Source: Nostoc sp. DedSLP01 (GTDB lineage Bacteria > Cyanobacteriota > Cyanobacteriia > Cyanobacteriales > Nostocaceae). Taken from it: a stretch of 64,000 nt of DNA. Under the pieces are notes generated by a model. The model did no database searches, had not been told where the DNA came from, and was given only the letters and a program-made list of their open reading frames with translations. Below, in pieces: positions 60,904-64,000 of this stretch; within the stretch, counting starts at the first letter, position 1, and each line of letters starts with the position of its first letter. The translations under genes were made by a program, and so were the position numbers. Location: positions 192,001-256,000 of the forward strand of contig JAVRCJ020000006.1 in assembly GCA_034530875.2 (NCBI GenBank), in the 5' to 3' direction.

Positions 60904-62431
60904 TATCCTCAAGCATCTGGAGATGCTTGTTAATAGGTGCAAGAGTATTAGCTGCAATCATTCCACTAGCGGCGACTGCTGGTAAGCCAATACCGGGAAA
61001 TGTCGAATCTCCACAGCACAACAACCCTGGTAGGGGAGTACTAGGGCCAGGAAATATACCAGAACCAGCTGCGATTGCCGGGCCGTAGGAACCTCGATGG
61101 CGACGCAGATAACGCTGGTGAGTTAGAGGCGTACCAACAAGTGTGACTTCGCAACGAGAGCGAATATCTGGAATAACTCGTTGTAGAGCTTGCCACATTA
61201 CTTCTGCACGCGATCGCTTTTGTTCGGCATATTCTTTACTCCTTCTATCCATCCCCTGCCATATAGAGTATGGCTCATTACCTGGCGTATAAACGTGAAT
61301 CACATGCTTGTCTGGTGGTGCTAGGGATGGATCGAGAACTGAAGGAATTGATATCACCACCAAATTTTGAGGTGCTGTTACCCCTAATTCCCAATTATTC
61401 ACGACGACGTAATGACATTGTAAATTTGTCTGTAATCCTTCAGCATTAATACCTAAATGCAGATGCATAAAACTATCACACTCAGGCGTTGCTTGCTTTT
61501 GAGCGCGGAACTGTTTTGAGACTGCATTTTCTGGTAATAGCTTCAGCGTGTCCCAAACCGATGCATTAGAAATTACAGCTTTGCGGGCGCGGATTTCTTG
61601 GCGATCGCGCAAACGCACGCCCACCGCCCGATTTCCCTCCACAAGTACTTCCTCGACATGTGCGCCCAGGATGAGCTTACCACCGTGACGCTGCAATCCC
61701 TGCACGAGAGCGTCAACTAAAGCACCACTACCGCCAATTGGATACTCAAGTACTGCCCCTGGTTTATACCAGTCAGCAAACATAAATGCTACCTCTGCGG
61801 CAATCGTGCTATCTGCTGGCAAACCAGAAAGCAGAAAACACAACAAATTCAGCCAATTTTGCGTAAATTGGTCTTTAACAACACCATCCATAACTCGGCT
61901 GAAAGGCCCAGTCAGTTTGAGGATACTTGCAATATGTTTTGCGAGAGTTGGGGCAAATCGTCCCACAGTTTGAACTGCACCCAAATCAAAGCGTAATGCT
62001 GCCGGCGACATAGCTGTTGCTGCATTAGCCAGCGGTTCCATAATCCGCTGGAGTTGCTGCCATTCAGTTACAGCATCACGACCGCGCAATTTCATCAACA
62101 CTTCAGAAAATTGTTCAGTGCCAACTGATGTATCAAAATAACCTTCTGGTAGATAACAACCCCAAGTATCATAAGTGACACACGGTAATTCAGAGCCAAT
62201 AGCGTCTAGGACTTGCCGCAGCGGGTTCGTAGAAGGACTGTAAGACAGTCCAGAGTAGAGAGATGGACCAGAGTCAAACTTGAAACCATTGCGCTCAAAA
62301 CTGTGGGCGGCACCACCAGGTATAGAATGACTTTCGCAGACTCTGACATCAAAGCCATACCGTGCCAAAAGAGCAGCACAACTTAAACCGCCAATACCGC
62401 TACCGATGATGACTACATCTGTGTTTTGCAT
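60890..62431 (-). CDS. Phytoene desaturase / carotenoid isomerase (CrtH-like) FAD oxidoreductase
   Basis: GSGIGG, GFKFDSGPSL, YPIGGSG, GTPLTH, CGDSTFPGIGLPAVAASG. Confidence 0.85.
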   Translation of the reverse strand: MQNTDVVIIGSGIGGLSCAALLARYGFDVRVCESHSIPGGAAHSFERNGFKFDSGPSLYSGLSYSPSTNPLRQVLDAIGSELPCVTYDTWGCYLPEGYFDTSVGTEQFSEVLMKLRGRDAVTEWQQLQRIMEPLANAATAMSPAALRFDLGAVQTVGRFAPTLAKHIASILKLTGPFSRVMDGVVKDQFTQNWLNLLCFLLSGLPADSTIAAEVAFMFADWYKPGAVLEYPIGGSGALVDALVQGLQRHGGKLILGAHVEEVLVEGNRAVGVRLRDRQEIRARKAVISNASVWDTLKLLPENAVSKQFRAQKQATPECDSFMHLHLGINAEGLQTNLQCHYVVVNNWELGVTAPQNLVVISIPSVLDPSLAPPDKHVIHVYTPGNEPYSIWQGMDRRSKEYAEQKRSRAEVMWQALQRVIPDIRSRCEVTLVGTPLTHQRYLRRHRGSYGPAIAAGSGIFPGPSTPLPGLLCCGDSTFPGIGLPAVAASGMIAANTLAPINKHLQMLEDIKCI

Positions 62432-62678
62432 ATACTATGTTTGCAATGATGGTTTTTAAGATTTGTTAAGCGATATTTGGCAGTATAGCTTTTTGGAAGT
62501 GAGTGAGATGGAAAAGGCAATGCATTTTAAGGGATTCTCAAATTTTGACTATCAAAGGTCATTCCCTATGCTGAGGCATTGAGCATAATTGGACTTTAAA
62601 AGACCGAGTTTACCCATAAGCTATTATGGTAGCGTGAGATACAAAAATGAGCAATTTCAATATTTAATACAAAATCTT

Positions 62679-63716
62679 ATGCTGCATACTTCTAAACTAC
62701 CTGCGATTCCTGTTCTCACACACAGAGATATAAAATTTTTCTTGAAGTATTTTAGAAGCATAGATCAAATACTTTGCCAAAGATACTCATTGGGTTTTTG
62801 CCCCGACGAAGAACATTTAACTTCGATACTTTGTGAACTTTTGGATGATAGAGGTTCGCAATTGCATCAACTTCCATATAGCATTGCTGATCTCAACAGA
62901 GATTTAGAAAACAGTGGCAGCTTGCTTAAAGCAGAAGTATCTTTGGAAACTAAAACCTATGATAAATACCAAGAACGACATTTCACTCAGTCAGACTTAG
63001 GAATTATCCTAGAGTATAAAGATAGAATTGACCCTAAATATAATTTTACAATTGGGATACTTGTTCAAGCAAAAAGATTGTTCCCAGATGCAAGAAAAAA
63101 ATACTCTTTTGCATCTAAATATAATTCATTTGATGCAGACCAATATCAAAGATTTAAAAATCTAATAAATTACTTTGAAAACAGTTGTGATTGTAGTGAA
63201 TGTGGAAAATATCTACTATACAATCCTATTTTTAGGGATTTTGCTAAAAATGAAAAAGAAAAAATTTTACATTGCCAGTTACTCAAAGATAGAAATACTA
63301 TCTTTCAGGACGCTTCAATACTAAATCAATATCGTGAAATTTATGATGTGGATAGTGAATTATCACTTTTGCCAATGGGTAGCTTAATTGTATCTCTCCA
63401 GGGAATACAACAGATAGCTACCAAACAGGGGCTTAGTAGTAATAAAAATTCTATAAATGAGTCAAAATTATTACCATTTACTCTACAAAAAGTTGTAGAA
63501 AAAATAGATATATATCAGAGTTCTTTACCTTGGTTTATAGTTGCTCAAATGATGGTATTAGGTAAAGGATGCTCTTGTGAAGAATTTACAAAATTAGTTA
63601 CGGCTGGAAGAGATAGCAATCACATAACACAGAATTTTGAATTTCTACCGCCTCGTTATAGTTTGCGTATAGCTTTAACAGCTGGTGAAGAACACCCTGA
63701 GGAATTTGAATTTTAA
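62679..63716 (+). CDS. Hypothetical protein with PD-(D/E)xK-like nuclease motif
   Basis: DEEHLTS..E..QSDLGIIL..GILVQAKRL; AT-rich; ATG 62679 chosen over TTG 62589. Confidence 0.65.
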   Translation: MLHTSKLPAIPVLTHRDIKFFLKYFRSIDQILCQRYSLGFCPDEEHLTSILCELLDDRGSQLHQLPYSIADLNRDLENSGSLLKAEVSLETKTYDKYQERHFTQSDLGIILEYKDRIDPKYNFTIGILVQAKRLFPDARKKYSFASKYNSFDADQYQRFKNLINYFENSCDCSECGKYLLYNPIFRDFAKNEKEKILHCQLLKDRNTIFQDASILNQYREIYDVDSELSLLPMGSLIVSLQGIQQIATKQGLSSNKNSINESKLLPFTLQKVVEKIDIYQSSLPWFIVAQMMVLGKGCSCEEFTKLVTAGRDSNHITQNFEFLPPRYSLRIALTAGEEHPEEFEF

Positions 63717-63784
63717 GAAATCTCGGAATTTAATAACTAAATTCAAATACTTTTTAGTTAAATTTTTTGCAACTTCTCTAAAAT

Positions 63785-64000
63785 ATGACCATTATCGTCT
63801 TTGGCAGCATCAATATGGACTTGGTAGCCACAGCGCCCCGTTTACCAGTCGGCGGAGAAACATTGCTGGGAGAAAATTTTTTTCAAGTTTCGGGAGGTAA
63901 AGGAGCCAATCAAGCTGTAGCCCTAGCGAGATTGGGAATTCCCGTGCAAATGGTCGGGCGTGTTGGTGCAGACAATTTTGGTGGAGAACTTGTCAAGAAT
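63785..64000 (+). CDS. rbsK: Ribokinase; runs off the window end
   Basis: Translated by hand: [44 protein letters not shown]. Confidence 0.9.
   Translation, partial: MTIIVFGSINMDLVATAPRLPVGGETLLGENFFQVSGGKGANQAVALARLGIPVQMVGRVGADNFGGELVKN

Overview
Chromosomal window from a filamentous, probably heterocyst-forming (Nostocales-like) cyanobacterium. This is inferred from abundant HIP1 octamers (GCGATCGC), heptamer tandem repeats, psb27, ccbP and tandem vipp1/pspA. Most of it is housekeeping: cofH, psb27, mobA, clpP, a Zam/RNase R-like gene, ubiX, aroK, argB, pdxH, ubiD, menB, menD, folB, ccbP and rbsK. Accessory segments include: a metal-uptake locus (HhH lipoprotein and Tat multicopper oxidase, divergent from cbtB and an unknown membrane protein); a YefM/YoeB TA module next to a kinase remnant; a four-gene polysaccharide cassette (Wzx, FrhB-like, pyruvyl transferase, GT4); a DUF4058 / glycine-zipper / nuclease-TPR cluster; a P1B ATPase with a Zur-like box; a frameshifted Rpn gene; and an orphan PD-(D/E)xK-like gene. 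Many small mobile repeats are present (MITEs, SDR5-like insertions into HIP1, G/C-rich modular hairpins). The best candidates for undescribed biology are: (i) a Rad52/Sak-like protein plus a gene made only of two copies of its C-terminal domain, divergent from a probably catalytically dead RNase R homologue with a structured leader; (ii) the nuclease-TPR and pore-former-like cluster; (iii) the cbtB-linked metal locus; (iv) the Rpn gene with an internal SD/ATG. No rRNA, tRNA or CRISPR array was recognised. All calls come from reading sequence and motifs by eye, with no database searches.
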